64,000 bases of DNA from an uncultured Bacteroidales bacterium (GCA_945827785.1 CALZOR010000001.1:54391-118390); one strand, 5' to 3'. Positions 10,754 to 21,237 are shown, counted from the first letter of the stretch. Numbers and translations: made by a program. Notes: generated from the letters alone by a model not told the origin.

Positions 10754-11988
10754 GAACTCTCATCTACAACATAGGTACACTCGCCGGTATCCTGCCTCAA
10801 GGAAAGAGGATGCTTGCGGGTAGGGAGATGGGCTCTGTAGGCTGTATCGACAGAGCTTATCTGATTGCCAATGAAGGCATTATAGAAGAGTTTGGGGAAG
10901 AGGAATGCCTTAAGGGGAAAGCTCAGGACAAGTCATTGTTTGACAGAAGAATCGATGCCGGAGGAGGCTATGTCATGCCGACATTCTGCGATTCCCATAC
11001 CCACATCGTCTATGCCGGCTGCCGCGACGGGGAGTTCCGGGACAAGATTCAGGGGCTGAGCTATGAGGAAATTGCTGCACGCGGAGGCGGAATCCTTAAC
11101 TCAGCCGACCTGCTGCATTCCACTTCGGAAGACGAGCTTTTCCGTCAGGCCATGGTCAGGGTTGAAGAAGTCATGGCAAAAGGTACCGGAGCCGTGGAAA
11201 TAAAGAGCGGATACGGACTCACGACAGAAGATGAGCTGAAGATGCTCAGGGTTATACGCAGAATCCGCGAGGTCGTTCCGATCGAGGTCAGGGCGACTTT
11301 TCTCGGGGCCCACGCCGTAGGGCGGGCCTGGAGGGGAAACCAGGAAGGATATGTGGACCTTGTATGCCGGGAAATGATTCCGGCCGTGGCAGGGGAAGGG
11401 CTGGCTGAATTCGTGGATGTTTTCTGTGATGAAGGATTCTTCACAGTGGACCAGACTGCAAGGATATTGGAGGCAGGTGCCGCCCATGGGCTGAAGCCGA
11501 AAATCCATGCCAACGAGCTGGCTGTTTCCGGAGGTGTGCAGGTTGGTGTGCGATATGGTGCTCTGTCGGTTGACCATCTGGAAAGGACCACCGATGAAGA
11601 AATCGAGGCTCTCAGAGGAAGTACCACCATGCCGACTATGCTTCCGGGGGCATCTTTCTTTCTGGGCATGCCTTATGGAAGGGCTAAGGATTATATCCGT
11701 GCAGGCCTTCCTGTGGCCCTGGCATCAGACTACAACCCGGGATCTTCACCGAGCGGAGACATGCGTTTTGTCATGGCTCTCGGATGCATAAGGATGAGAC
11801 TTACTCCTGAAGAGGCCTTCAACGCCTGCACCATCAATTCTGCCTACGCCATGGGAGTTGACCACATTCTTGGTTCGATTACCCCGGGCAAGAAAGCCTC
11901 GTTGATCATCACCAGGCCGATTCCGTCCCTTGCCTTCATCCCTTATGCACATCAGACTCCGTTCATTTCTGAAGTTGTTTTCGGATAA
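10750..11988 (+). CDS. hutI: Imidazolonepropionase
   Basis: DSHTH metal motif, GGGIL, EIKSGYGL, SVDHLE, ASDYNPGSSP; ATGA overlap with hutH. Confidence 0.95.
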   Translation: MRTLIYNIGTLAGILPQGKRMLAGREMGSVGCIDRAYLIANEGIIEEFGEEECLKGKAQDKSLFDRRIDAGGGYVMPTFCDSHTHIVYAGCRDGEFRDKIQGLSYEEIAARGGGILNSADLLHSTSEDELFRQAMVRVEEVMAKGTGAVEIKSGYGLTTEDELKMLRVIRRIREVVPIEVRATFLGAHAVGRAWRGNQEGYVDLVCREMIPAVAGEGLAEFVDVFCDEGFFTVDQTARILEAGAAHGLKPKIHANELAVSGGVQVGVRYGALSVDHLERTTDEEIEALRGSTTMPTMLPGASFFLGMPYGRAKDYIRAGLPVALASDYNPGSSPSGDMRFVMALGCIRMRLTPEEAFNACTINSAYAMGVDHILGSITPGKKASLIITRPIPSLAFIPYAHQTPFISEVVFG

Positions 11989-11993
11989 CATAC

Positions 11994-12025
11994 ATTACTC
12001 AAGTTTCGCAACATGCGAAACTTAA
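11994..12025. repeat. Palindromic intergenic repeat, copy A (AAGTTTCGC-N5-GCGAAACTT)
   Basis: ATTACTCAAGTTTCGCAACATGCGAAACTTAA; its reverse complement matches 21209-21237 with one mismatch. Confidence 0.8.
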
Positions 12026-12071
12026 AATACATTATCGGAATGTCTGACAAACCACTTGTAAACAAATAATT

Positions 12072-12542
12072 ATGGCACAGGAAATTGAAAAGAAATTCTT
12101 GGTGGCCGGCGACTTCAAGCCGTTCGTAAAGAAGGCCACACGTATTACACAAGGTTATCTGAGCTCTGTCCCTGAGCGTACTGTCAGGGTGAGAGTAAAG
12201 GGTGAGAAAGGTTTCATCACAATCAAAGGTATCGGAAGCGCAAGTGGTGCAAGCCGCTTCGAGTGGGAGAAGGAAATCCCTGTTGAGGAGGTTCAGGAGC
12301 TGCTGAAGATTTGTGAGCCTGGAGTTATCGACAAGACCCGCTATCTTGTTGATGCCGGAAACCACACTTATGAGGTGGATGAGTTCTATGGTGACAATGA
12401 GGGACTTACAGTTGCCGAGGTGGAACTTGGTGCCGAGGATGAGGCATTCGAGAAGCCATCATGGCTGGGTGAGGAAGTCACTGGAGATGCTAAATACTAC
12501 AACTCCATGCTGATTAAGGATCCTTATAAGAACTGGAAATAA
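12072..12542 (+). CDS. CYTH domain protein (triphosphate tunnel metalloenzyme)
   Basis: EIEKKFLV (ExExK), QGYL, RVR, SRFEWE, EVDEF, AEVEL. Confidence 0.92.
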   Translation: MAQEIEKKFLVAGDFKPFVKKATRITQGYLSSVPERTVRVRVKGEKGFITIKGIGSASGASRFEWEKEIPVEEVQELLKICEPGVIDKTRYLVDAGNHTYEVDEFYGDNEGLTVAEVELGAEDEAFEKPSWLGEEVTGDAKYYNSMLIKDPYKNWK

Positions 12543-12628
12543 ACAACAACCCGAAGCCCCCTGACTGGGACTCCGGGTCCAAAGAACATACCAGCAGCCT
12601 CTCCAACTTTATTTATGATGGTCCGGTA

Positions 12629-14854
12629 CTATTTCACCTCGAATGAGACCTTAGTGCGGATATCATCGGAAGCGGCTCCGACATAAGCTGTGAAGGTTCC
12701 CTTCTCGAGTGCCCAGTCAGCGGCATTGACGTCATAGAACTTGAGCATGTCAGGCTCGATGGTGAAGCTTACCTTTTGGGTTTCACCCGGTTTGAGAGCT
12801 ATCTTCCTGAAGCCCTTGAGTTCCATCACAGGGCGCTCTACGGAAGCCTCATCATCACCGATGTAAAGCTGAACTACCTCCTTGCCTTCACGATTTCCTG
12901 TATTGGTCACGTCAACTGAAACGCTCAATGTTCCGTTTGCCGGTATTGAAGCCTTGCTGACAGAAGCATCGGAGTAAGAGAAGGTGGTGTAGCTGAGACC
13001 ATGTCCAAAAGCGAAAAGAGGCTTGACATCCTTCTTCTGAGCCCAACGGTAACCTACGAATATCCCCTCCTTGTACTCAACGCTTGTAGCCTTGCGGTCG
13101 TAAGCATTCAGGGCATGGGCGCCGTTATCCTCGAGACGGACTGGGAAGGTCATAGGGAGTTTTCCCGAAGGATTGACTTTGCCGAAGAGCACGTCGGCAA
13201 GGGCGGTACCTGCCTGCGAGCCGCAGTACCATGCCTCGACTATTGCACCAACCTTGTCAACCCATGGCATAGCCACAGCATTTCCAGAGATGATAACGAC
13301 AGCGAGATTAGGATTGACCTGAGCCAGAGCCTCGATTACAGCATCCTGATTATAAGGGAGTTCCAGGCCGAAACGGTCTGAATCCTCGCAATCCTGGAAG
13401 CTTGCCTTGTTCAGTCCGCCGATGAAGATGACAGCATCTGCATCCTTTGCCTTCGCGCATGCATCTGCGATGAGTTTCTCTGCACTGCGGCTTTCTGAAA
13501 GGTCTTGTCCTGTGACGACTCCGTTGTATGCTCCCGAGACATCGCCCACATATCCCCTTTCAAAATCGACCTGAAGTTCTCCGGCTGCGGCACGGATTCC
13601 GTCAAGCGGGATGATTTCTTTCTGCACCTTGAGGGAAGAAGAGCCGCCGCCGACAGTCATCATCTTGAGGGCATTCTCACCCACGACAAGGATGCGACCA
13701 GGCTTTGTGGCATCCAGAGGAAGCACAGAAGCCTCGTTCTTGAGCAGGACGATACCTTCGTCTGCAATCTGGCGTGCTGCATCATAGTGTTCAGGCGAGC
13801 AGAGCGAGCCGAACGGCTTGTCAGTGCGCATAGCAGTGCGGAAAATCAGGCGCAAAACCCTGCGTGCCTTGTCGTTGAGAACTTCCTCCGAAGCCCTGCC
13901 GTCGCGCAGCCTTTCAAGATAGGCATCGGCAAGATGGTAGGAGTCATACCCGTTGGTCGCGCCCATAGTAAGTCCGTCAGTCCATGTACCAAATTCAAGG
14001 TCTAGTCCGTTGGTGATAGCCTGGTCTGTGTCGTGGCAGCCGCCCCAGTCTGAGATTACTGCGCCATCGAATCCCCAGTCCTTTTTCAGGATGTCGTTGA
14101 GAAGGTACTGGTTGTGACACACATGCTGGCCTTTATAGAGGTTGTATGAACCCATGATTGACCATGCGCCGCCTTCATGGACTGCAGCTTTGAATGCCGG
14201 AAGATATATTTCATAAAGGGTGCGGTCGTCAACAACTGCATCATACTGGTGGCGGAGGGTTTCCTGATTATTGAGTGCATAATGCTTGACGCAGACTGCA
14301 ACTCCGTTTTTCTGGACTTCCTGTATATAAGGAACGACCATTTTGGAAGCGAGGTAAGGATCCTCACCCATGTACTCGAAGTTACGGCCGTTCAGAGGGG
14401 TACGGTAGATGTTCACTCCCGGACCAAGCAGGACATCCTTCTCACGGAAGCGTGCCTCTTCACCGATGCTTTTGCCATAAAGAGCAGACATATCCTCATT
14501 CCATGTTGCTGCAAGGGCAGTCAGTGCTGGGAATGCAACGCAGGAGTCATTTGTCCAGCCAGCCTGCCTCCACTCGTCCCAGAGCACCTCCGGACGGATG
14601 CCATGAGGTCCGTCGGTAGTCCAAAGCTCAGGGATACCAAGACGAGGGACGCCTGCTGATGAGAATTTGCTCTGTGCATGGAGGATTTTCACTTTCTCCT
14701 CAATTGTCATGCGGGAAAGCGCATCTTCAACCCTTGCTTCAAGAGGCTGATTTTCATCAAGATACACAGGCTTGTCAGATTGTGTCTGCGCACATGAGAG
14801 GGCGAGAGCTGCCGCAAACGGAAGCAATGCGATAGATTTCAGATTCAATTTCAT
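12629..14854 (-). CDS. GH3 beta-glucosidase, lipoprotein
   Basis: Lipobox ALSC; DGPHG, GRNFEYMGED, KHY, ISDW nucleophile, C-terminal Fn3-like domain. Confidence 0.92.
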   Translation of the reverse strand: MKLNLKSIALLPFAAALALSCAQTQSDKPVYLDENQPLEARVEDALSRMTIEEKVKILHAQSKFSSAGVPRLGIPELWTTDGPHGIRPEVLWDEWRQAGWTNDSCVAFPALTALAATWNEDMSALYGKSIGEEARFREKDVLLGPGVNIYRTPLNGRNFEYMGEDPYLASKMVVPYIQEVQKNGVAVCVKHYALNNQETLRHQYDAVVDDRTLYEIYLPAFKAAVHEGGAWSIMGSYNLYKGQHVCHNQYLLNDILKKDWGFDGAVISDWGGCHDTDQAITNGLDLEFGTWTDGLTMGATNGYDSYHLADAYLERLRDGRASEEVLNDKARRVLRLIFRTAMRTDKPFGSLCSPEHYDAARQIADEGIVLLKNEASVLPLDATKPGRILVVGENALKMMTVGGGSSSLKVQKEIIPLDGIRAAAGELQVDFERGYVGDVSGAYNGVVTGQDLSESRSAEKLIADACAKAKDADAVIFIGGLNKASFQDCEDSDRFGLELPYNQDAVIEALAQVNPNLAVVIISGNAVAMPWVDKVGAIVEAWYCGSQAGTALADVLFGKVNPSGKLPMTFPVRLEDNGAHALNAYDRKATSVEYKEGIFVGYRWAQKKDVKPLFAFGHGLSYTTFSYSDASVSKASIPANGTLSVSVDVTNTGNREGKEVVQLYIGDDEASVERPVMELKGFRKIALKPGETQKVSFTIEPDMLKFYDVNAADWALEKGTFTAYVGAASDDIRTKVSFEVK

Positions 14855-14916
14855 ATTTAATTTTTTATTGATTGTTAATTCAAGTTTCTCTTTTCTGAGT
14901 ACTGACAGAAGGCGTA

Positions 14917-16449
14917 TTATTTTTCAGCCCAAAGCAACGAAGCAATGCTTCTTGCGCTCACACGGGCATTTACATAATAGCCCTCACCGGAGAACACCAG
15001 CAGCTGGTCACTGTCACTGCGGTTGCAGACAAGTGTGCCGATGGAATTGTCCGGATTGCGGAACATGAGCAGTTCCACTCCCGAAGGAGCATTGTATCCG
15101 CTGACATTCATCATCCTGGCTCCCGGTTTGACAACGGCGCTGGCATGGGCCACATTGTACCAATGTGAATTCTTTCTTATTGATTTATAATTAGATGAAT
15201 CTATGGTAACTCCGCCGAAGCAGGTTTTGCATGAGCCGTCATGAGGGCTGTATGGTCCTTTTTTATCATCGAGCATCATATTCCAGAGCGTCACTCCCCT
15301 GCCTCCTCTCGAAAGCGTTCCGAGGAAAATGTCTGCAAAATCATTCAGCAGGCACTTTGAAAAGTCATAGTTCCACTCTCCGATTGAAGCCTCAGTAAAA
15401 TAGATGTCCTTTTCCGGATTCGCTGTCTGGATATTGTCAAGTTCGGAGACATTGCCTCCGTAATTGTGCCATGCCGAGCCGGCCGCCCATTTGTATGCCT
15501 CATTGTCGGCATAGATATTCAACGGATAATTGTCCTGCTTTGGCTTGTCATCATAATTGTAATTATGGTCATACAGAAGAATCTTGACATCGGATAGGCC
15601 GGCGTCAGACAATGCAGGTCCAAGAACCTTTATGAATTCTTTCTGATCCTGCCATGGCATGACCATTGACATTGAATTGCCTGGATTCAGAGGCTCATTC
15701 TGCATTGTGATTGCATGAATCTTGAATCCCTCAGACTGCATGGTCTGGATCCATTTCACGAAATACTCAGCATAAACGCCATAACAAGAAGGCTTCAGAC
15801 GTCCGCCGGTCCAGCTGTTGTTGTCCACCTCGACTCCGACCGGAATATTGAAATTATTTGCATCCCAGTCATTTCCATTAGGCATCTTGCATTTCATCCA
15901 CCTTGGGCATGACCATGGCGAGCCGATTATTTTCACATCAGGGTTAATGGCGTATATTTCTTTCAGTACAGGAAAAAGAAGGTCCCTATCCTCCTGATGT
16001 ACTGCAAAATTCTCAAGCCCTGGAGTGTCGCACCATGTATATTCATCCTTGGTGCAGAAGTCAGAGGCGCCGATGCTGACTCTTATCAGGCTTGAGCCGA
16101 CTTTCTCCTTGGAGAACATCTCGGTCAGGAATGCAGTCCTGTCTTCCTGTGACATGCGCAGAAGGTTATAGCATGAGGCGGTGGTCACGGCAAGACCGAA
16201 ACCTGCAACTTTTTTTGCCTGCGGGTCATCTTCAAAATGGATTTGGTTCTTATTTGAAGAGGGGATGGAAGCAAAATCTGATGTAGTCTTCTTAAATAGG
16301 TTTTTGGCATCAGAAGATGTGACATAAACGACTACATCCTTTTCTTTTTCAAATTCTTCGTCCTGATTTGTGTCATTATTCTCAGGGTTTGTGCAGCAGG
16401 CGGCTATCATGCAAGTAGCCGCAAAGAGAAACATTTCAGTGAGTTTCAT
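14917..16449 (-). CDS. GH30 glycoside hydrolase (probably GH30_3 endo-beta-1,6-glucanase-like), lipoprotein
   Basis: RVSIGASDF, GSPWSCPRWMK, MQNEP acid/base, DHNY, FTEAS nucleophile. Confidence 0.85.
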   Translation of the reverse strand: MKLTEMFLFAATCMIAACCTNPENNDTNQDEEFEKEKDVVVYVTSSDAKNLFKKTTSDFASIPSSNKNQIHFEDDPQAKKVAGFGLAVTTASCYNLLRMSQEDRTAFLTEMFSKEKVGSSLIRVSIGASDFCTKDEYTWCDTPGLENFAVHQEDRDLLFPVLKEIYAINPDVKIIGSPWSCPRWMKCKMPNGNDWDANNFNIPVGVEVDNNSWTGGRLKPSCYGVYAEYFVKWIQTMQSEGFKIHAITMQNEPLNPGNSMSMVMPWQDQKEFIKVLGPALSDAGLSDVKILLYDHNYNYDDKPKQDNYPLNIYADNEAYKWAAGSAWHNYGGNVSELDNIQTANPEKDIYFTEASIGEWNYDFSKCLLNDFADIFLGTLSRGGRGVTLWNMMLDDKKGPYSPHDGSCKTCFGGVTIDSSNYKSIRKNSHWYNVAHASAVVKPGARMMNVSGYNAPSGVELLMFRNPDNSIGTLVCNRSDSDQLLVFSGEGYYVNARVSARSIASLLWAEK

Positions 16450-16572
16450 TTAGTATTGGTTTATTAGGTTTCGTCAAAATGGCAGCAATACAAAGTTATG
16501 CATTTTTTCGGCTCGCCTATCACCCCAATTTCAACAATATGGATTGCATTGTCACCCCCGGAATTACATATA

Positions 16573-16802
16573 CCTAATGATCAGCGACTTAAGGTCCCAT
16601 CCCGAAAAATAAAAAGTGGATTCCCCAGCCACGAGCGTAGGTTGAAAAATCATTCTTCCGGAGAGTTGCAGCGGCAGATAGCCGCCGGCGGTCCTCCCCA
16701 CTTCGTGGGTCCCCTCCCTTTTCGGGAGCCAATGCCGCCGTCAACTATCTGCCGCTGCAACTTGTCTGAAATCCCTGTTATTGCAACTCGCTGAGAATAA
16801 GG
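16573..16802. repeat. MITE/REP-like palindromic element
   Basis: Perfect 18-bp inverted repeat AGTTGCAGCGGCAGATAG (16664-16681) / CTATCTGCCGCTGCAACT (16745-16762); imperfect outer inverted repeat 16573-16590 / 16785-16802. Confidence 0.65.
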
Positions 16803-16831
16803 AAAATTTCCTATATGAAATGCATCGGAAA

Positions 16832-19800
16832 TTATTCTCCGCGGAAGTAGCGGACGGCATTGTCGAAGAGCGGTTGCTCAAGACCGTCGTCCATTATGTT
16901 CTTGAAGAGATTGCCCTCGTAACGCTCTGTGTGGCCCATCTTGCCGAGAATCTGGCCGTTGCGACTCACGATACCCTCGATTGCATAGTATGAACCGTTC
17001 GGGTTGTACGGCGACTCCATGGTAGGCTCCTCCTCCAGAGGATCCACATACTGGAACGCAACCTGACCGTTTGCAAACAACTCCTTCGCAAGAGCCTCAT
17101 TCACAACGAATTTACCCTCGCCATGGCTCACTGCAATGGTATGCAGGTCGCCAACTGAGAAGCCCGCAAGCCAAGGCGAATTGGTTGTTGCGACACGAGT
17201 CGTGACCATCTGCGAGATATGACGGTTGATATCGTTGCGGAAAAGCGTAGGGCTGTCCTTTGTAACCTGACCCAGACGGCCATAAGGCAGAAGACCGCTC
17301 TTGACCAGAGCCTGGAAACCGTTGCAGATGCCAAGGATGAGACCACCTCTGTCAATCAGAGCATGGATAGCATTTGCTATATCCTTATTGTTCAGCACAT
17401 TAGCGATGAACTTGCCGCTTCCGTCAGGCTCATCACCGGCAGAGAAACCACCACTGAGCATCAGAATGTTACACTCATCGATATTCTTCTTCATCATGGC
17501 GATTGAATCGAAGATATCCTTCTCGGTAAGGTTGCAGAACACCCCGAACCTTACCTCTGCACCGGCACAACGCCATGCCTTGGCAGAATCATAATCGCAG
17601 TTAGTTCCAGGGAAAACAGGAATGAACACCAGAGGATGCTCAATCTTCTCACCCTTGTATTTCATCTCGGACCTCTTGACCTTCAAAGGCTTGATGCCCT
17701 CCATGCCCTTAGGAGCAATCTCTTTGTGGAAGGCCTCGGCAGTATCTGGATAAACCTGGGCAAAGCGCTCCGAATTCTCCGCCATGAGATCGAAAATGTC
17801 GAACTTATGGCCATTGATGTTCAGGATGCTGTCCTCACCGTCGGTAATCTCACCAAGGAGGATTGCATTCTCGTAATCCAGAGGCTCCTCAGACTCAACC
17901 ACGATTGAGCCATAGCCATAGTCGAATAGAGTATTTTCATCGACATTAACCTTAACATCCAGACCATTGCCGAAGGACATCTTGCAAAGAGCCTCGGCAA
18001 GACCGCCGAACCCGAGAGCATAACCGGAAACGATGTTGCCCGCCTCAATCTGCTCGTGGATGAAAGTCCAGTTCCTCTTAAGCTGCTCTGTATCAGGCAT
18101 TCTATTTTGAAGAGGGGTATGCTTGATAAGGTAAACCTTGTTGCCTTCCCATTTGAATTCAGGAGAAATCACCTGGTCAGCATCAACCGTGGTGATACCG
18201 AATGCCATGAGCATAGGCGGAACATTGATGTGCTCGAAAGTACCGCTCATCGAATCCTTTCCACCGATTGAAGGCAGACCGAGCTCGACCTGCATCTTAA
18301 GCGCACCCATCAGGGCAGCAAGAGGCTTGCCCCAGCTCTTGCGGTCGGTCATCCTCTCGAAATACTCCTGATAAGAAAAACGCATCCTGTTATATGCAGC
18401 ACCGGCAGCCACCACCTTAGAACAAGCCTCCACAACTGCATAGGCAGCACCGTGATAAGGACTCCATGAAGTGATGAACGGGTTGTAGCCGAAAGCCATG
18501 ATGCTGGAAGTATCCGTATAGCCGAAAGTAGGCAGTTTCTGCACAGAGACCTGGGTCTCAGTAGTTTGCAGGCAGCCACCGAAAGGCATGAGCACGGTAG
18601 AGCGGCCGATGGTCGAGTCGAACATCTCAATCAGGCCCTTCTGCGAAGTGACATTGCGGTCACGCAGATTAGCCAAGACTTTATCCTCTAAAGTCTTGCC
18701 CTCGACTTCTCTCCTGAACGGATCAATATCCTCAACGGCGCCCACAGTAGCCTTCGAATAATGCTTCGCACCGGCGCTGTCAATGAATTCACGTGACAAA
18801 TCAACAACAAGCCTGTCACCATTGAACATCCTCATCCTTGCAGAGTCAGTCACGTCGGCAACATGTGTCACCTCGATGTTCTCACTTGCGCAATATGCCA
18901 TGAACTCGTCCTTGTCCTTCGCCTCGACTACAACGGACATCCTCTCCTGTGACTCGCTGATAGCCAGCTCAGTAGAATTAAGTCCGCTATATTTTACAGG
19001 CACCCTGTCAAGATAAATGTCAAGTCCGTCGGTGAGCTCGCCGATGGCAACGCTCACTCCGCCGGCTCCGAAGTCATTTGACTTCTTGATAAGACGGGTG
19101 ACCTCAGGACGGCGGAAAAGTCTCTGGATTTTCCTCTCCTCAGGCGCATTACCCTTCTGGACCTCACTGCCGCAGCTCTCAAGCGAAGCCTCGGTGTGCT
19201 CTTTCGAAGAACCAGTCGCGCCGCCGATACCGTCACGTCCGGTGCGGCCTCCCAGCAGGAGCACCACATCGCCCGGAGCAGGGCTCTCCCTGCGCACGCT
19301 GTCTGCCTTCACGGCACCTACTACGGCGCCGACCTCAAGCCTCTTTGCAAGATAACCGTCATGGTAAATCTCACGTACATGAGTGGTTGCAAGACCTATC
19401 TGGTTACCGTAGCTTGAATAGCCGTGGGCAGCCTTGCGGGAAATCACGCTCTGCGGAAGCTTGCCCGGAATGGTCTCAGCTACAGGCAGATAGATATCCG
19501 CAGCACCGGTCACGCGCATTGCCTGATAGACATATGCCCTGCCGGAAAGAGGGTCACGGATTGCACCTCCGAGACATGTTGCCGCTCCACCGAAAGGCTC
19601 AATCTCTGTCGGATGGTTATGAGTTTCGTTCTTGAACTGAAGGAGCCATTTCTCCGTTGTAAGCTCACCCTCATCATCCACCACGTCAACATCCACGTAT
19701 ATGCTGCAAGCATTGTTCTCTTCACTCACCTCCATATCGTCGAGCAGGCCCTGAGCCTTGAGATAACGGGCTCCGACCGTTGCCATATCCATCAGGTTCA

Positions 19801-20590
19801 AGCCCTTATGTTCACGACCAAGTTCCTTGCGAATCTTCATATAGAGGTTGAGAGTACCGTCAATCTCGCCCTTTATGAAGGAATCCTCGACGGAAATTTC
19901 CTCAAGTTCGGTGGTGAAAGTGGTGTGGCGGCAGTGGTCGCTCCAATATGTGTCGAGAATGCGGAGCTCGGTCTCGTATGGGTCACGTCCCTCCTTCTTG
20001 AAGTAGTTCACCACCTCACGAAGGTCGTCGGCATTCATTGCCAGTCCCATCTTCTTGCAATATGGTGCAAGTTCCTCCTCCCCAAGGGAGGTCAGTCCTT
20101 CAAGAACCTTCACCGGAATAACCTCCGGCTGTTCGGTCTGGACGAGGCGGGAAAGGTCCTTTTCCCTTGACTCGACCGTATTTATATAATAGTGTTTGAT
20201 TTTGGCTATTGTCTCATCCGAGGTGTCACCGGGAAGGACGATGAGTTTGGAACTCTTGATGGTAACATCGGCAGAAGGGTCTATCAGACGGACGCAGTCA
20301 ACAGCCGAAGCCGCCCTCTGGTCGAATTGTCCCGGAAGGAACTCTACCGCGATGTATTTTGAGCCTGCAAGATCACAAGAATCTGTAACACTGTCAGTTA
20401 CAATTTCTCCGAATACGCTGTAGCGGCATTTCTCCAGAAGAGAATCAGAGAATCCGAACAGGTCATAGACATTCAGATACCTGAGCGCTCCCAGGTCGAG
20501 CTGAAGGTTTTCATTAAGTTCACTAAGGAGGCTGCGGGCCTCAACCTGGAATTCAGGATATTTTTCAACGTAGATGCGATGGTTGTTCAT
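16832..20590 (-). CDS. purL: Phosphoribosylformylglycinamidine synthase (large single-chain form)
   Basis: YWSDHCRH, ETHNHPTEIEPFGGAAT, DFGAGG, GGKDSMSG, FPGTNCD, GGFSAGD, LGICNGFQ, MGHTER; ATG at 20590 preferred over TTG 20602. Confidence 0.96.
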   Translation of the reverse strand: MNNHRIYVEKYPEFQVEARSLLSELNENLQLDLGALRYLNVYDLFGFSDSLLEKCRYSVFGEIVTDSVTDSCDLAGSKYIAVEFLPGQFDQRAASAVDCVRLIDPSADVTIKSSKLIVLPGDTSDETIAKIKHYYINTVESREKDLSRLVQTEQPEVIPVKVLEGLTSLGEEELAPYCKKMGLAMNADDLREVVNYFKKEGRDPYETELRILDTYWSDHCRHTTFTTELEEISVEDSFIKGEIDGTLNLYMKIRKELGREHKGLNLMDMATVGARYLKAQGLLDDMEVSEENNACSIYVDVDVVDDEGELTTEKWLLQFKNETHNHPTEIEPFGGAATCLGGAIRDPLSGRAYVYQAMRVTGAADIYLPVAETIPGKLPQSVISRKAAHGYSSYGNQIGLATTHVREIYHDGYLAKRLEVGAVVGAVKADSVRRESPAPGDVVLLLGGRTGRDGIGGATGSSKEHTEASLESCGSEVQKGNAPEERKIQRLFRRPEVTRLIKKSNDFGAGGVSVAIGELTDGLDIYLDRVPVKYSGLNSTELAISESQERMSVVVEAKDKDEFMAYCASENIEVTHVADVTDSARMRMFNGDRLVVDLSREFIDSAGAKHYSKATVGAVEDIDPFRREVEGKTLEDKVLANLRDRNVTSQKGLIEMFDSTIGRSTVLMPFGGCLQTTETQVSVQKLPTFGYTDTSSIMAFGYNPFITSWSPYHGAAYAVVEACSKVVAAGAAYNRMRFSYQEYFERMTDRKSWGKPLAALMGALKMQVELGLPSIGGKDSMSGTFEHINVPPMLMAFGITTVDADQVISPEFKWEGNKVYLIKHTPLQNRMPDTEQLKRNWTFIHEQIEAGNIVSGYALGFGGLAEALCKMSFGNGLDVKVNVDENTLFDYGYGSIVVESEEPLDYENAILLGEITDGEDSILNINGHKFDIFDLMAENSERFAQVYPDTAEAFHKEIAPKGMEGIKPLKVKRSEMKYKGEKIEHPLVFIPVFPGTNCDYDSAKAWRCAGAEVRFGVFCNLTEKDIFDSIAMMKKNIDECNILMLSGGFSAGDEPDGSGKFIANVLNNKDIANAIHALIDRGGLILGICNGFQALVKSGLLPYGRLGQVTKDSPTLFRNDINRHISQMVTTRVATTNSPWLAGFSVGDLHTIAVSHGEGKFVVNEALAKELFANGQVAFQYVDPLEEEPTMESPYNPNGSYYAIEGIVSRNGQILGKMGHTERYEGNLFKNIMDDGLEQPLFDNAVRYFRGE

Positions 20591-20617
20591 AAAGTTTCGC
20601 AATTTGTTATCTGGGAA

Positions 20618-21094
20618 TTAGATTTCTGCCGCAAGCACCTTCTCGGTCTGTTTTCTTCTGAACTCCAGAAGGGCAGCCTCAATCTGAGGGTTGGACAGGG
20701 AAAGAATCTGGGCGGCATAGAGACCGGCATTCTTTGCTCCGTTGATTGCCATGGTGGCAACAGGGATTCCCGGAGGCATCTGAATGATTGAAAGCATAGA
20801 ATCGAGACCGCCGAGTGCCTTTGTCTGAATCGGAACTCCGATGACAGGAACTGTCGTCATCCCGGCAACCACGCCTGCGACATGGGCTGCTCCGCCCGCT
20901 CCTGCGATGATTACGCTTATGCCGTTTGCTCTTGCCGATTTCGCAAATTCACACATCAGGTCAGGAGTCCTGTGCGCGCTGATTACTTTTTTTACTACTT
21001 CGATTCCGAGTTCTTCGAGGACTGCAATTGCCTGTGACATAATGTCATAGTCGCTTGTCGAGCCCATAATGACTGCAACTTTTGGAGTATCCAT
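20618..21094 (-). CDS. purE: N5-CAIR mutase
   Basis: IMGSTSD, SAHRTP, AGAGGAAH, QMPPGIPVAT; start at ATG 21094 because a TATCTTTG promoter lies at 21154-21161 (-). Confidence 0.95.
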   Translation of the reverse strand: MDTPKVAVIMGSTSDYDIMSQAIAVLEELGIEVVKKVISAHRTPDLMCEFAKSARANGISVIIAGAGGAAHVAGVVAGMTTVPVIGVPIQTKALGGLDSMLSIIQMPPGIPVATMAINGAKNAGLYAAQILSLSNPQIEAALLEFRRKQTEKVLAAEI

Positions 21095-21208
21095 ATTTAT
21101 TTGATGTTTAGATAGTTTCCAACCATGGAAGGGAGGTACCCTCTCCCGGCGCGCAAAGATAGTCATTTTATCGGGATTTTCGCCCTGACTTTACTGCTTG
21201 TGAATAAT

Positions 21209-21237
21209 TTAAGTTTCGCATGTAGCGAAACTTGAGT
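21209..21237. repeat. Palindromic intergenic repeat, copy B
   Basis: TTAAGTTTCGCATGTAGCGAAACTTGAGT, same family as 11994-12025 and 31925-32110. Confidence 0.8.

Noticed and set aside
19424-20170. Long overlapping ORFs such as 19424-20170, 30906-31661, 32235-32927, 56575-57261 and 59951-60712
   Set aside because: Antisense or alternate-frame shadows of well-supported genes with no recognisable motifs.
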